A stretch of 64,000 nucleotides of DNA from Laetmonice hystrix (lineage: Eukaryota). Below are positions 62,101 to 64,000 of the stretch, in pieces (position 1 is the first letter of the stretch; every line of letters starts with the position of its first letter). The position numbers and the translations under genes are program-made. A model generated the notes under the pieces. It ran no database searches. It saw nothing but the letters and a program-made list of their open reading frames with translations, and was not told the origin of the DNA. The DNA lies in assembly GCA_965235115.1 (NCBI GenBank), contig OZ249436.1, forward strand, positions 42,968,001 to 43,032,000. The letters run 5' to 3'.

Positions 62101-64000
62101 AGTCATAAATGCTCTTTCAATTGACACCAACATTTATTAGGTAGCGTGACGTATGACGTCATAATGACGTCATTGGTATCTTCTATGGCCTATAAGTCGA
62201 AAACAGTGCAAGATAGCACCATAGTTACTATTGAACACGAATAGGAAGTCATACATGCTCTTTTAATTGAGGCCAAGTTTGATGACGTAGCGTGACGTAT
62301 GACGTCATAATGACGTCATCAATACTTTCTAGGGCCTTTAACTCCTAAACGGTTGGAGACAAACCCATGGTTACTATTGGACATGAATAGGAAGTCATAC
62401 ATGCTCTTTCAATTGACACCTACATTTACTAGGTAGCGTGACGTATGACGTAATAATGACGTCAGGAATCATATCTCGGTCGTTTTTCAAGATATCTAAG
62501 TCAAACTTGGTGGACATGTTTATAGTCACCAACTCTGTTTTGACAATGAGTCATGACGTCACATGACGTAACGTCATGACGTACAATGACGTCATCAATA
62601 TTTTGTAGGGCCTATAATTCCTAAACGGTGGGAGATAAAGCCATGGTTACTATTGAACATGAATAGGAAGTCATACATGCTCTTTCAATTGACGCCAACA
62701 TTTATTAGGTAGCGTGACGTATGATGTCATAATAACGTCATTGGTATCTTCTATGGCCTATAAGTCGAAAACAGTGCAAGATAGGACCATAGTTACTATT
62801 GAACACGAAAAGGAAGTCCTACATGTTCTTTCAATTGAGGCCAAGTTTGATGACGTAGCATGACGTATGACGTCATAATGACGTCATCAGTATTTTCTAG
62901 GGCCTATAACTCTTAAACGGTGGGAGATAAAGCCACAGTTACTATTGAACACGAATAGAAAGTCATGCATGCTCTTTCAACTGAGGCCAAGTTTAATGAC
63001 GTAGCATGACGTATGACGTCATAGTGGCGTTATCTATATTTTCTAAGGCCTATAACTCCTAAACGGTGGGAGATAAAGCCATGGTTACTACTGAACATGA
63101 ATAGGAAATCATACATGCTCTTTCAATTGACACCAACATTTATAAACGTCATAATGACCTTACTAAGTCATAGGGACATGCCCCCCAAGGGATGGGATCC
63201 ATCGTGGTTTTCACCACGACAGGTCTAGTTATTATTATTATTATTATTATTTGCGTAGTAGTAGTAGTAAACAATTTGTTTACAGGGTCATGACTGGGTC
63301 ATAACTTGGTCATTTTTCAAGATATCAATGTCAAACTTGGTAGGCATGTTGATAGTCACCAACTCTGATCTGACACTGAGTCATGACGTCACATGACGTA
63401 ACGTCATGACGTCATGACGTCATTCGTGTTCTGAATACTGGGACGGTTTTCAAAGTTAATATGAAGACTTTTTAGGAACTGATGACACTGTCAAAATTGG
63501 GCCGGGTCCTAATTAATTTTTTGCAAGTATTCTGACCTTTGACCTTTGACATGTCAGAAAGCTGGGTCATAGGTCATAAAATGCTTAAATCCCTACTTCT
63601 TCCTTAATTTTCATTAAAATTTTGTGAAATTGCACAGGGGTGGTGTCTGACGAGAGTTTCAAAGGAATCAGGTTAGTCACAATTGATTTGACCTATATTC
63701 GCTGAGTCACGTGACTTAAAAGTTTTGAACAGTGGTCAATTTGGCTATCTATTGCTGTAACTCATAAACGGTTCCACAAAGGGCCATGGTTACTATTGAA
63801 CACGAATAGGAAGTCATGCATGCTCTTTCAGTTGACGCCAAGTTTGATGACGTAGCGTGACGTATGACGTCATAATGACGTCATCAGTATTTTCTAGGGT
63901 CTATAACTCCTGAACGGTGGAAGATAGAGCCATGGTAACTATGGAACACAAATAGAAGGTCATGGATGCTCTTTCAGTTGACGCCAAGTTTGATGACGTA
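56134..64000 (+). mobile_element. Cluster of stacked non-autonomous Helentron/DINE-1-like (HINE) elements with internal repeats of about 146 bp
   Basis: Three 5' heads (TTATCCCATCCCC-tatcca-GGGGATGGGAT hairpin at about 56134, 56196, 56264); (TAT)n/(TAG)n microsatellite; three 3' tails GGGATGGGAT + TCGTGG..CCACGA hairpin + CTAGTT ending at 58444, 61242 and 63230. A fourth body runs off the window. Confidence 0.78.

Overview
Repeat-rich animal (invertebrate-type) genomic DNA, not prokaryotic; most track ORFs are satellite artefacts. Three spliced + strand genes can be assembled by hand with phase-consistent GT-AG junctions. (1) The last 10 exons (341-12814, about 674 aa) of a CACHD1/alpha2-delta-like Cache-domain protein with a GPI-signal-like tail. 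(2) A complete 5-exon ZDHHC4-type palmitoyltransferase (19568-37478, 353 aa) whose motif reads DHYC and which has lost two ligands of the same zinc site. (3) A 3-exon, 526-aa His-rich multi-pass membrane protein (43209-52645) resembling an uncharacterised bacterial family. The window also has a decayed Harbinger/HARBI1 transposase, many non-autonomous DNA transposons (TTAA, 5-bp and 6-bp TSDs, some nested), a stacked Helentron/DINE-like cluster (56.1-64 kb) and about 18 tandem arrays. The most striking pattern is that many arrays are amplified copies of real splice junctions (up to about 75 decoy acceptors before one exon), and decoy use gives an early in-frame stop in the cases translated.
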